From positions 1 to 64,000 of IMG/VR virus record IMGVR_UViG_3300044641_009805: a stretch of 64,000 bases of DNA. The stretch is one strand, 5' to 3'. The notes below the pieces were generated by a model. The model was not told the DNA's origin, made no database searches, and saw only the letters and a program-made list of their open reading frames with translations. Shown here in pieces: positions 1-8,755 of the stretch (positions within the stretch are counted from its first letter, which is position 1; each line of letters starts with the position of its first letter). The translations under genes and the position numbers were made by a program.

Positions 1-1
1 T

Positions 2-127
2 TTTGGTGTTTTTGTTGGAACAACCAAGAAGGGTTATCCAATGAGAAGATTGAAGATGAGGTTTTTGGTGGATGGTGTTGTTCAAGAGATACCAAATGGA
101 TTGATATTTAAACTTGAAGTTGTGTGA
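2..127 (+). CDS. 3' part of small hypothetical protein (truncated by window edge), probably same SH3-like family
   Basis: Open frame FGVFVGTTKK...FKLEVV* whose TGA overlaps the next ATG. Confidence 0.5.
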   Translation, partial: FGVFVGTTKKGYPMRRLKMRFLVDGVVQEIPNGLIFKLEVV

Positions 128-336
128 TGAAAACCGGGGATCTCATTTGGTACTGTGATGAACATAATTCCTTGAGGAATGATTTCCTTGGGATATACCT
201 AAGTTCCAGAGGAACCAAATGGAGTGATAAACATATGTTCCATAAGGTGATCCTGTGTGGGGGAGGAATAGATGAGTTTATTTTGAGGATTGGTGGAGAA
301 GGTAAGATAGAGGTGGTTCAGGGGTGGGAGGAATGA
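127..336 (+). CDS. small 'GDL' SH3/KOW-like hypothetical protein
   Basis: MKTGDLIW...IEVV; overlapping stop/start with neighbours. Confidence 0.7.
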   Translation: MKTGDLIWYCDEHNSLRNDFLGIYLSSRGTKWSDKHMFHKVILCGGGIDEFILRIGGEGKIEVVQGWEE

Positions 337-578
337 AAATTCGCCCAGGAGATTTGATGTTTTCCAATATAGGTACCAATGTTTGGGATACCCCTGGAGA
401 TCATTCTCCTTCCAGTGTTGTTGATCTTCTGGAGGAAAAACAACCGGTGATTGTGTTGGAAATTTACAAGAGAAAATACTATGAACACAACCTCACTGAA
501 ATAAAGGTTCTCACCCCCAATGGTGCGGTTGGGTGGGTTGCGATAGAGAAAGTGGATAAGGTTTGGGTGATAATGTGA
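333..578 (+). CDS. small SH3-like hypothetical protein
   Basis: MKIRPGDL...KVLTPNGAVGWV; ATGA overlap with the previous gene. Confidence 0.7.
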   Translation: MKIRPGDLMFSNIGTNVWDTPGDHSPSSVVDLLEEKQPVIVLEIYKRKYYEHNLTEIKVLTPNGAVGWVAIEKVDKVWVIM

Positions 579-835
579 TCCCCGGTGATTCAGTACGAGT
601 TCTCTCGGTAAAAAACCACCACAACCCTCTCCACCGGGTTTACGATATCCCCGATAAATTCCGTTGGGTAGGTGAATCCGTGGTACCACGTTCCTTCATC
701 TTCAAGGTTCCAGGAGGATCACTTGGAATCATTCTGGAAATCCAAGGTGAACAACTCAAGGTTCTGTTCCACGGTGGTTCCGTGGGGTGGATCAAGAGTG
801 AACTTGTGGAAGTTGTGGATATCCACACCCTGTGA
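575..835 (+). CDS. small SH3-like hypothetical protein
   Basis: (V)IPGDSV...KVLFHGGSVGWIKSELVEVV; GTGA overlap. Confidence 0.7.
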   Translation: MIPGDSVRVLSVKNHHNPLHRVYDIPDKFRWVGESVVPRSFIFKVPGGSLGIILEIQGEQLKVLFHGGSVGWIKSELVEVVDIHTL

Positions 836-867
836 AATCCTCCACCCACAGGTGATACAATATACCT
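832..867 (+). promoter_or_regulatory. leaderless sigma70-like promoter (GTGAAA-N18-TACAAT-N6-ATG)
   Basis: Matches the 36-nt promoter architecture repeated across the window. Confidence 0.6.
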
Positions 868-1092
868 ATGGAATACCATCCCGGTGATCTCATCCTGGTA
901 AAACCCGGAACCCATGTTCCACCAGGATCCAGATATTCCTCCGGAATCCTACTGGATGTACGAGAGGATCCGCGATTCACCCATTGGAATGGAATCCCCG
1001 AGGTATACCTAAAAATCCTCTGGGTGGATGGGCACCAATCAACCGAGGATATTCGAAAGGTATCACCCTACTATGAATTCATCCACCCTTAA
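868..1092 (+). CDS. small SH3-like hypothetical protein
   Basis: MEYHPGDLILV...KILWVDG. Confidence 0.7.
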   Translation: MEYHPGDLILVKPGTHVPPGSRYSSGILLDVREDPRFTHWNGIPEVYLKILWVDGHQSTEDIRKVSPYYEFIHP

Positions 1093-1336
1093 ACCCGGTT
1101 CACTTCTCAAGGTAAACCACCACGTGGTACCCGAACTCAGGTTCTACCGCGAACTCAAGGATGATATCCAATGGGATGATATCCAATGGGATGGAAAATC
1201 CAAACTATATCCCAACGATATCCTCATTTACCTCGGATCGGAAATGGTTCGTTTCGTTCTATTCGCCCATGTTTTCTCATCTTCCCAAGGTAAAACCGGT
1301 TACGCGGCTCTCACTTACCTCTCGGATCTCAAATGA
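1073..1336 (+). CDS. small SH3-like hypothetical protein
   Basis: MNSSTLKPGSLLKV...VFSSSQGKTGY; paralog of the next ORF. Confidence 0.65.
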   Translation: MNSSTLKPGSLLKVNHHVVPELRFYRELKDDIQWDDIQWDGKSKLYPNDILIYLGSEMVRFVLFAHVFSSSQGKTGYAALTYLSDLK

Positions 1337-1578
1337 AACACCCCGAATTTCCAGGAGGAACCCTTCTCAAGCTCCACGGTTCCCTTCTCTCCACCTCATT
1401 CCACAATGATGGTGTGGATAACCTATGGAATGGAGAACATCGAATCCATCCCCAGGAAATCCTCATTTCCCTGGGGAAAACCCTCAGGACTTTCACCCAC
1501 TACACCCTCGTTTTCTCTCCCACCCACAATCGGGCAGGTTACATTAGAACCGATCACATCTCGGAAATTCAACAGTGA
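1333..1578 (+). CDS. small SH3-like hypothetical protein
   Basis: FPGGTLLKL...VFSPTHNRAGYI. Confidence 0.65.
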   Translation: MKHPEFPGGTLLKLHGSLLSTSFHNDGVDNLWNGEHRIHPQEILISLGKTLRTFTHYTLVFSPTHNRAGYIRTDHISEIQQ

Positions 1579-1787
1579 AACCCGGTGATCTGGTGAGCAT
1601 CACCCACATCGTTGGGATTCGCATGGAAACCAAAACCACGGTAGGAATACTTCTCTCCTACGAACCGGTTGAACCCAACATGTACGATAACATCTACGAT
1701 CTTGAGATACTCACCACCGAAGGTAACGTAATCGGGCTCGGAATTTTTCACGGGGATAAACTGGAGGTGATCAATGAAGATTGGTGA
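1575..1787 (+). CDS. small SH3-like hypothetical protein
   Basis: MKPGDLVSI...LEVINE. Confidence 0.7.
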   Translation: MKPGDLVSITHIVGIRMETKTTVGILLSYEPVEPNMYDNIYDLEILTTEGNVIGLGIFHGDKLEVINEDW

Positions 1788-1986
1788 TCTACTCATCCCA
1801 CTCAACTCCTCCACATCCCACAAACATCATCCAGGATTGGTAACAGGTTTAACCGATAAAAGCTCCAACTTCAACGTGGTATACATCACCTGGAGGAATG
1901 GAGTAACCGATGGTTGGGATCACAACTTCGTTATCAAAAACTTTGAGGTTATCAGTGCACAAAACCCGAATCCCAAGTGTAAATGA
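1774..1986 (+). CDS. small SH3-like hypothetical protein
   Basis: MKIGDLLI...YITWRNG...FEVIS. Confidence 0.7.
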   Translation: MKIGDLLIPLNSSTSHKHHPGLVTGLTDKSSNFNVVYITWRNGVTDGWDHNFVIKNFEVISAQNPNPKCK

Positions 1987-1987
1987 T

Positions 1988-2143
1988 GTGATTCCAGGGG
2001 TACTGGTTCTCCACCATCTCACCCCAGAAATCGGAATTGTTCTCCGTGTAAATTGGGAGGTGGTTGAGTTACTATCGTGCAATGGATCGGTTGTTAGGTG
2101 GGAACTCGATTCATTTCGAAGCACCTATGAGATTCCACTATGA
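1988..2143 (+). CDS. small SH3-like hypothetical protein
   Basis: (V)IPGVLV...IGIVL; start uncertain (track ORF begins 1910). Confidence 0.5.
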   Translation: MIPGVLVLHHLTPEIGIVLRVNWEVVELLSCNGSVVRWELDSFRSTYEIPL

Positions 2144-2322
2144 AAAAAGGTGATCTGGTTCTAATCGATCATTATCATCCCAGAGATAAAACCTATGGGA
2201 TCTACATCAAGGATATTCAACTACGAGATCCTCGATACATACCATCATTTCCAACCTGTGAAATCATCACCTCCAATGGTTTACAGGTAATTGGAGTGGA
2301 AAGAATCCATGTACTCCTATGA
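2140..2322 (+). CDS. small SH3-like hypothetical protein
   Basis: MKKGDLVLI. Confidence 0.7.
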   Translation: MKKGDLVLIDHYHPRDKTYGIYIKDIQLRDPRYIPSFPTCEIITSNGLQVIGVERIHVLL

Positions 2323-2507
2323 AAATGAAACCCTCTGAGGTTCAGGTTGGAGATCTTATGATCACAACAGATTTTCTAGAAGCAGAGTTACAACTGGTAC
2401 TTCGAGTGGATCACAACCGGGATCTCGTTGAGATTTACAACACCAGGTTAGGAAAGGTGGAACACTATCGTTTATCCTGGGTTATGGGTTGTGAAAAGGT
2501 ATGTTAA
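2319..2507 (+). CDS. small SH3-like hypothetical protein
   Basis: VQVGDLMI. Confidence 0.65.
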   Translation: MKMKPSEVQVGDLMITTDFLEAELQLVLRVDHNRDLVEIYNTRLGKVEHYRLSWVMGCEKVC

Positions 2508-2959
2508 ACCTCTATTATTTCCTTTATCCAACTCCTAGGAATCGAAGGTAAGGATGTTCCTATTTCTCCATCCACACCATCAGGAAATTCATTCATAAAC
2601 TCATAGTAACCATCATCACCACTTCCAAACCTATCATCAGGAACCACATACTGGGGATTCAAATATTTCTTTGGAATTTCAACCCTAACCATCACCCCTT
2701 CATTGGTTACCCACCTAGGAGAATCATACCATCCCACGGTAAAATAAATTCCATGTGATTCCGATTGAAGTTTTAATCCAACCCTATCAATCGATTCCTT
2801 ATTACTCAATGGTGATTCATGGGTTACACGAAGAAAACCTCCACCCTCATCCGCAAGATGTTTTAAGGTGGAATAAAACCAAACCTTCTCAGGAATCCAA
2901 TCCTCTTCCTCCAGGTTTTCCCTAATCAATCTTCTCAAATCACCAAGTGAAATCTTCAT
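2504..2959 (-). CDS. LRxxIRE-leader protein with putative ADP-ribosyltransferase (Tpt1/KptA-like) fold
   Basis: N-term MKISLGDLRRLIRE; VTHES..SI..GL..GIYFT and C-terminal IPRSWI resemble ART/Tpt1 motifs (inference). Confidence 0.55.
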   Translation of the reverse strand: MKISLGDLRRLIRENLEEEDWIPEKVWFYSTLKHLADEGGGFLRVTHESPLSNKESIDRVGLKLQSESHGIYFTVGWYDSPRWVTNEGVMVRVEIPKKYLNPQYVVPDDRFGSGDDGYYEFMNEFPDGVDGEIGTSLPSIPRSWIKEIIEV

Positions 2960-2988
2960 GGGGTTAATTATACAATTGAGTTGATATT

Positions 2989-3210
2989 ATGGTTCCTGGT
3001 TCCCTAATCACTCCATCGTGTGCAACCGTTCACATGTATAAATCCATCGAGTTACACCTTGGAGAGTATGTTTCTTCATTTTCCTTCGGTGATTTTGGAA
3101 TCGTAATCGAAACTGGAATTTCACCTTGGGATGTTCAGTATCTAAAGGTTCTACTTCCAGATGGAAAAATTGGGTGGCTCCGCAGAGAAAAAGTGGAAGT
3201 TCTTCTATGA
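2989..3210 (+). CDS. small SH3-like hypothetical protein
   Basis: MVPGSLI...KVLLPDGKIGWL. Confidence 0.7.
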   Translation: MVPGSLITPSCATVHMYKSIELHLGEYVSSFSFGDFGIVIETGISPWDVQYLKVLLPDGKIGWLRREKVEVLL

Positions 3211-3383
3211 AAACCGGTGATCTGATCAAGTTCATCAACCTAACACCTTATGGTAAACGTGCGTACCTAGGGGTTGTTCTGGAATATCATGGAACTTGGG
3301 CGAAGATGTTGTGGTGTTCCGATGTTCATGAACAAATTCAAGATTCCATCATTGTTCCAAAACAATGGAAGGTTATCCAGTGA
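3207..3383 (+). CDS. small SH3-like hypothetical protein
   Basis: MKTGDLIKF; ATGA overlap. Confidence 0.65.
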   Translation: MKTGDLIKFINLTPYGKRAYLGVVLEYHGTWAKMLWCSDVHEQIQDSIIVPKQWKVIQ

Positions 3384-3577
3384 AACGGGGTGATCTTCTC
3401 CATTTTCCGGATGAACCACAATATGTTCACCGTGGAAAATTATACCTTGCCCTCAGGTTTTTCCAGTGGGAATCTCCACACAATGGGGTGGTATTCAATG
3501 AGGTTGATGTGTTGGAATTTGGAACCACCGAAATAAGAAAATTTAGGGTGGAACATCTCAAGGTGGTTGAACGGTGA
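3380..3577 (+). CDS. small SH3-like hypothetical protein
   Basis: (V)KRGDLLHF; GTGA overlap. Confidence 0.65.
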   Translation: MKRGDLLHFPDEPQYVHRGKLYLALRFFQWESPHNGVVFNEVDVLEFGTTEIRKFRVEHLKVVER

Positions 3578-3780
3578 AGATAGGTGATTTATTACTAATT
3601 AAAAACCCGTGTTGGTTGAGGGATGATCCTATTGGTGGTGGTAGTATTGAAAAATATCACCAAGGAACCATGGTAACTCTACTCCAGGAGGATGATCCGG
3701 AATTATACCACCACAAGGTTCTAACCCCGGATGGAAAAACCGGGTGGATCTTTAAGGATAACCTGGAGTTGATACAATGA
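3574..3780 (+). CDS. small SH3-like hypothetical protein
   Basis: MKIGDLLL...KVLTPDGKTGWI. Confidence 0.7.
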   Translation: MKIGDLLLIKNPCWLRDDPIGGGSIEKYHQGTMVTLLQEDDPELYHHKVLTPDGKTGWIFKDNLELIQ

Positions 3781-3992
3781 GTTTCATTGGTAAATTGGTT
3801 CGAATGGATCTTCCTCCACCTCATCCTCACTATGGTGAAACCGGTGTGATTATCCGTGTAAGGAAACCAACCGGTGGAACCGGAGATACCTACCGGGAAT
3901 CCAGGATTCGATATGATATTCTCGTTGGTGATGAGGTTCTTCACGATCAACTCTATGAATACTTTGTTGAATTGGATTTGAGGAAGGGATGA
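3777..3992 (+). CDS. small KOW/SH3-like hypothetical protein
   Basis: IGKLVR...YGETGVII. Confidence 0.65.
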   Translation: MSFIGKLVRMDLPPPHPHYGETGVIIRVRKPTGGTGDTYRESRIRYDILVGDEVLHDQLYEYFVELDLRKG

Positions 3993-4225
3993 GAATTGGT
4001 GATCTTGTTTGTACTCATGTGTTTGGTGTTGATGTATTCCTTGGTGTTGTATTGGATATCCAACCAATGAAGGATGTTTACAAGGATTCCAACCGTGGGG
4101 AGAAGATGAATTCGGTAAAGATCCTATGGGAAAAACCTGTACCAAGTTGGTTAGGTGAAGGAAGAATTTGTGAAGTAACTGATTCAATTCTTCAGGTGGT
4201 GGAACCGGAGGAATTGGATGAGTGA
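3989..4225 (+). CDS. small SH3-like hypothetical protein
   Basis: MRIGDLVC...GVVL...KILW. Confidence 0.7.
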   Translation: MRIGDLVCTHVFGVDVFLGVVLDIQPMKDVYKDSNRGEKMNSVKILWEKPVPSWLGEGRICEVTDSILQVVEPEELDE

Positions 4226-4415
4226 TAAACACCGTGGATTTTTACCTGGTGATCAGGTGAAGGTGGTTAATCCCTGGTACACCAGGAAACCCCCACAACT
4301 CGGTGTTGTTATCGAGGTGGTTCCTAGTGGTGGTGTGGTTAATTCTAACAGGATAAAATTGGTGGTTCCTGAAGGAATTACCTGGAGATGGGATCATGAG
4401 TGCGAGAGAATTTGA
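4218..4415 (+). CDS. small SH3-like hypothetical protein
   Basis: FLPGDQVKV...GVVIEV. Confidence 0.65.
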   Translation: MSDKHRGFLPGDQVKVVNPWYTRKPPQLGVVIEVVPSGGVVNSNRIKLVVPEGITWRWDHECERI

Positions 4416-4635
4416 GTTAGGTTCTCTGGTGAAATTGAACAGAACCTATATTCAACACCCATCCAAACCTATACTTGGTATCCTACTTGAATATGAAAAG
4501 TTTGATGATAACAATGGGGCCTTTGGAAAGGTTTCAAAAATAAAACTATTGTTATCCAATGGAATTTCCAAAGATTATTTCCTGTTCAAGGAGGATGAAT
4601 TGGAGATGGTAAATGAGATCAATATCCCCAGGTGA
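4396..4635 (+). CDS. small SH3-like hypothetical protein
   Basis: FELGSLVKL...GILLEY. Confidence 0.65.
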   Translation: MSAREFELGSLVKLNRTYIQHPSKPILGILLEYEKFDDNNGAFGKVSKIKLLLSNGISKDYFLFKEDELEMVNEINIPR

Positions 4636-4792
4636 TTTGGTGATTCATTCCTATGGAGTTCCAATGATCGGTATGGTGTTGGAGGTTAGAGGTGAATTTC
4701 CTTGGAGTTACCGAGTGGTGTGGAATTCAGGGGAGATAAAGGATTGTGATTTGGGTACCGTGAGGAGAGTGTGGTGTTATGAAGGTAGGTGA
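4613..4792 (+). CDS. small SH3-like hypothetical protein (59 aa, below the ORF-track cutoff)
   Basis: MRSISPGDLVIHSYGVPMIGMVLEV...YRVVWNSG read from the sequence. Confidence 0.65.
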   Translation: MRSISPGDLVIHSYGVPMIGMVLEVRGEFPWSYRVVWNSGEIKDCDLGTVRRVWCYEGR

Positions 4793-5027
4793 TTTGGTTA
4801 CTCCAGATCCTAAGGGATGTACCGATAGAGGTTTACATGTTTACCCATTTTGGGGTTCCAAGGATACCGGAATACCGGTACCGGTGGGAAGTTGGAAGTT
4901 GGGTGAGGTTGGTGTGTTACTGGAATCACTTGAGGTTCAAGGTGGAAATGGTTGTAAGGTGTTGTGTGGTAGTGTTTCAGGTTGGGTTTACCTATGTTAC
5001 CTGAAAATTGTGGATGATGAAAAGTAA
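4779..5027 (+). CDS. small SH3-like hypothetical protein
   Basis: MKVGDLVT...KVLCGSVSGWV. Confidence 0.7.
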   Translation: MKVGDLVTPDPKGCTDRGLHVYPFWGSKDTGIPVPVGSWKLGEVGVLLESLEVQGGNGCKVLCGSVSGWVYLCYLKIVDDEK

Positions 5028-5114
5028 AATGAGGTTTTACTTTGGTGTAGGAAAGGTAACTCCAGGGATACTTTTGTGAGGAGGAGAAACACCTCAGGAA
5101 TATGGCCTTTGGAT

Positions 5115-5297
5115 ATGCTCACCGGTGATTTGGTGTTGCGTGAGGATTTTGATGGGAGAAATATATTGGTGTTTATGGGATGGGTGGATAGGAACAAATA
5201 CCATGCCATGATTTATGATTATCAGGGTTATAGGCCATTTTGGTTCAACCCGAATTATTCGATGGAGAAATGGTGGATTATAAACCCGATAGAATAA
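5115..5297 (+). CDS. small SH3-like hypothetical protein
   Basis: MLTGDLVL. Confidence 0.6.
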   Translation: MLTGDLVLREDFDGRNILVFMGWVDRNKYHAMIYDYQGYRPFWFNPNYSMEKWWIINPIE

Positions 5298-5482
5298 CGG
5301 TTGGTGATCTGGTGAATTGGTATGAGAAGGAATTTGGGGCCAGTGTTGTTGGTTTGGTTTTAGGGGTGAAACCCCATACATTTTATCCGGAAGTTGATAT
5401 ATACTCAATTCTGGATTTTGATGGATTGAAGAGGGAGATATATTCCTCGTTGTGGTCGGAGTATAGGATATTGAATAGATGA
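5270..5482 (+). CDS. small SH3-like hypothetical protein
   Basis: ITVGDLVNW...GLVL. Confidence 0.65.
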   Translation: MVDYKPDRITVGDLVNWYEKEFGASVVGLVLGVKPHTFYPEVDIYSILDFDGLKREIYSSLWSEYRILNR

Positions 5483-5718
5483 AGAATGTGTGGAATAGTA
5501 GCGATAATGGAGGAAATCCACCTGAGGGGTTGGATGAAAAGGTGAGGAAGGGTGATCTGGTTAGGTTTACCCATTTTCCTTCATTTAATGGTTTTGTTGG
5601 GATTTACCTGGGGGTTGATGTTGAGGGTGGTAGATCCAAGTGGAAGTTTGCCACCGATAGGGGAATGGAATGGGTGGATCCAAAGGGGTTGTCACATTAT
5701 AGGGTTGATTTGGTGTGA
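5479..5718 (+). CDS. small SH3-like hypothetical protein
   Basis: VRKGDLVRF...GIYLG. Confidence 0.65.
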   Translation: MKNVWNSSDNGGNPPEGLDEKVRKGDLVRFTHFPSFNGFVGIYLGVDVEGGRSKWKFATDRGMEWVDPKGLSHYRVDLV

Positions 5719-5763
5719 AAATAAGCTGTGTAAAACAATCGCTGCGAGATGTAGATTTTACAC

Positions 5764-6762
5764 GTGAATGGAATTTTACCTCTAATCGGCCTGATAGGCT
5801 CTACACTTCTTTCAGTTTGGGCTGCTTTCAAATACCTGCTAACATCATCTTATCGGCTTGAGGATGGTGTATCAAAGCTTCTCCTGTCGCGTATTCGAAA
5901 AGAAAAGCCCCTATCCTGGATGTTCGGTGGAGAACATGTAACACCGCCACGATTTCCAGAGCTGTGGGAAGGTTTTCTGTTGTTGGACAAGATTCCCCTG
6001 TATTTCCACCGCAACGAGAGGTTGATGACTGCCGGGTGGAAATCAAAGGAATCGATCTCAACCCTGTCGTTCTTCAGGTGGAATAGGTCACAAGTGGATA
6101 GGTTGTTGGCCCATGTGAACACAGGTGAATCGATACAGGTTTCAGCTCTTACACCCCACGGAACCGATAGGCTTGGTGAACTTGAACCTGGCGGTGAAGG
6201 TGAGTTGTACCTGAATCCTGGGAGCTACGAGGATATTGAGGAGGATGTGAAGAGGGTTTTGTCAGGAGAGTTGAATAAAACTGGTGCTCTTCTCTATGGA
6301 TCTCCAGGAAATGGAAAGACTCGATTCGTTCGTTACCTGTCAAAGAAGTATTCGTTGCCAATCAATGTTGTTTACCTCCTTCCAGACTACAACAACCTCG
6401 ACATCAGTCTCATGTTCTCCAATATTCCTCAACGATCAATCGTTCTTCTCGAGGACTTCGACAACCTCTTCGACGGGCGGAAGTGCACCATTCCAAACGA
6501 CCAGATAAAGTTTACCTTCGACTCTATCATCAATGCCCTCGATGGGGTACACAACGATTATCGACAGGTGGTATTCATCATGACCGTGAATGATATTGGA
6601 AAGGTGGATGACAGCATCAAAGAGAGGCCATCAAGGTTCAAGTTTGTCAAGGAATTTGGTCCGCCAAAACTTGAGGTGCGGGAGAGAATTTTGGGTGATA
6701 GGAACCTTGCTATCATTGCTGAAGGATTGTCATTAGATAAGGTGGTTCATTTTAAAAATTAA
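5764..6762 (+). CDS. membrane-anchored AAA+ ATPase (BCS1-like)
   Basis: N-terminal TM helix; Walker A GSPGNGKT, Walker B LLEDFD, INALDG, sensor TVN, RPSRF. Confidence 0.8.
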   Translation: MNGILPLIGLIGSTLLSVWAAFKYLLTSSYRLEDGVSKLLLSRIRKEKPLSWMFGGEHVTPPRFPELWEGFLLLDKIPLYFHRNERLMTAGWKSKESISTLSFFRWNRSQVDRLLAHVNTGESIQVSALTPHGTDRLGELEPGGEGELYLNPGSYEDIEEDVKRVLSGELNKTGALLYGSPGNGKTRFVRYLSKKYSLPINVVYLLPDYNNLDISLMFSNIPQRSIVLLEDFDNLFDGRKCTIPNDQIKFTFDSIINALDGVHNDYRQVVFIMTVNDIGKVDDSIKERPSRFKFVKEFGPPKLEVRERILGDRNLAIIAEGLSLDKVVHFKN

Positions 6763-6806
6763 AAAGAAGACATTTGTAAATGTGATTGATATTTAGGCTG
6801 CAATAT

Positions 6807-7154
6807 ATGAGAAAAGTTAATAAGCCTTGGGGTTACGAATTGATCTGGGCAGAAAATCCAAAATATCTTGGTAAGATTCTTTACGTCATGGCTGGTAAAC
6901 GTTTATCCTTGCAATACCACAAAGTGAAGGATGAAACAATTCTTGTTAAGAAAGGCACCATGAAGCTAGAGTTTGGAAATTCGAAGACCGGTCTCCAAGA
7001 GATTGAAATGAATGAAGGAGACTCCTTCCACATCTCACCTGGGCTTCTTCACAGGATGGCTGCCGTCACTGACTGCGAAGTCATCGAGGTCTCGACTTCC
7101 GAGCTAGCAGACGTGGTCAGAGTAGAAGATGATCATGGTCGTGTGAAACCCTGA
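6807..7154 (+). CDS. cupin domain protein (mannose-6-phosphate isomerase type II C-terminal-like)
   Basis: KPWGYE, RLSLQYHKVKDET, HRM, IEVST, DVVRVEDDHGR motifs. Confidence 0.85.
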   Translation: MRKVNKPWGYELIWAENPKYLGKILYVMAGKRLSLQYHKVKDETILVKKGTMKLEFGNSKTGLQEIEMNEGDSFHISPGLLHRMAAVTDCEVIEVSTSELADVVRVEDDHGRVKP

Positions 7155-8702
7155 TCACTGGTCTTCGAACCATGAGATTGAAAAAGTAGCTTCTGAAGTG
7201 TTCTTATTCGTTTTGGCTGCTATTGTCAATATCTCGCCGCTCGTGAGGAAGAAATTTTCTGCCTGTATGGTCAAGATGGTAGCCTCGTTCGCACCAACTA
7301 TGAAGCTTTTGACGAGTTGAGTATTAGGTCCGATGCTTATTGAAGTCGCAGACAGATCAGCTGCAGCTATTGATTTATTTGTATCAACGTGTTGAAAGTT
7401 GACAGGACCTCCGAGCACGGCATTCTTGTATACATAGACTTCCGTCAAAATTGTGCTCGTGGCATTGCCTGTGTCCGTACCGACCGATATGTTGAAAAGA
7501 TCTATCTCGCCGTAATTACATTGACCCAGGAAGTTTCTGTTGGCACGTATGGTCAACACAGGTGTGAGCGTGGTGTCAAGATCAAGTGCTGCCCCGACGC
7601 GAGCAGAACCCGTAGCAAATGCTGGTCCTATGTTACGAATCACCAATCCTTCAGCGAAAACTCCTGCTGAAGCACCTTTGATGGTGACAGGTGTAGCCAA
7701 CGATCCGCTGTTGTAGACACCCCACTTGGCGGTCATCTGGGGATTTCTGAGGACAGTGGTGGACCTGCTGTTGGCGTTCTTTATCATGTGGCACCCAGCC
7801 AACAGGCCCGTTTCGGAGTTCTCCACCGCAAAGAATGCATTGCCGAACCCGAGATACTGGAAGCCGACGGAGTAAACATTTCCATACCTCGGGTTCAAGG
7901 CAAATCTCGATTCACCTGTTCCGTCCATCTTATCGATGTTCCACTGGGACTGTGAGATGAATGTCTCGACCGGTAGTTCTCCCGTTTGAACCACCGCCGT
8001 TGTGGCTATCTGAGTTGCTCCGTTGAACAGAGAAAAAGTTCCTCCTATGGGCCCTGGGCGTCTCGATACGAAGAAGACGGTTCCATCGATGGATTCAGCA
8101 TCCCAGCCTGAACCGACCTGTGAGTAATCTGCCTGTGATAATTGGTAAGAAGTCTGGTTGGCGGAACTACCGCCATTTATCGCGACAGTTCTCGTGGCCC
8201 CTCCGAGGGTGACCGTGATGGTGGCAGCTCCGACTGGGGGTACCGTGATGGAAAAGCTCCTGATTTCTCGTTTGGATCTCTCGCGGTGAAGTATGCCGAA
8301 CTCATTATTCCGTTGAGCGAAGAAGTAACCGGTCTCTTCGTTACCGATCCCTGCCAGCTGAAGCGTGTTGGGTGCACCTGGATCGAAGATCGCAGTCATC
8401 CTACACATGGAGCCCTGTCCAGGGCGATACTTGAGACTTCGAGACAGCCTCACCTCAGCGGATCCTGATGTAGATGTTCCTGAAGAGCTCGTCATGATTC
8501 CTAGTGAAGCGGCCACAAATGCACCAGTCCCAGCTGACGATGTGGTCCATTGTACTGGATTTACGGTGTAGATGAACGCAGCCTGAGCCGTGGGGTGTGC
8601 TTCGGACACAAGGGGAGACCCGAAAGGACCGACAGCGTTAGCGTTGATGCTTCCCTCGCTGGCAAATAAAGATTTCTTACCAATCGTCGTAAATCCTGAC
8701 AT
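7155..8702 (-). CDS. putative virion structural protein (beta-rich)
   Basis: 515 aa Ser/Thr/Gly-rich; YRPGQG and FQYLGFG segments seen in phage structural proteins; GGAG RBS. Confidence 0.55.
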   Translation of the reverse strand: MSGFTTIGKKSLFASEGSINANAVGPFGSPLVSEAHPTAQAAFIYTVNPVQWTTSSAGTGAFVAASLGIMTSSSGTSTSGSAEVRLSRSLKYRPGQGSMCRMTAIFDPGAPNTLQLAGIGNEETGYFFAQRNNEFGILHRERSKREIRSFSITVPPVGAATITVTLGGATRTVAINGGSSANQTSYQLSQADYSQVGSGWDAESIDGTVFFVSRRPGPIGGTFSLFNGATQIATTAVVQTGELPVETFISQSQWNIDKMDGTGESRFALNPRYGNVYSVGFQYLGFGNAFFAVENSETGLLAGCHMIKNANSRSTTVLRNPQMTAKWGVYNSGSLATPVTIKGASAGVFAEGLVIRNIGPAFATGSARVGAALDLDTTLTPVLTIRANRNFLGQCNYGEIDLFNISVGTDTGNATSTILTEVYVYKNAVLGGPVNFQHVDTNKSIAAADLSATSISIGPNTQLVKSFIVGANEATILTIQAENFFLTSGEILTIAAKTNKNTSEATFSISWFEDQ

Positions 8703-8755
8703 ATTTCTCCCCTAACAAAAATCTTGTAGTATAATTAGGTAAGGGATCATAAAAT

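Noticed and set aside
1159-1194. 15-bp tandem duplication (DDIQW x2)
   Set aside because: A single local in-frame duplication with no wider pattern
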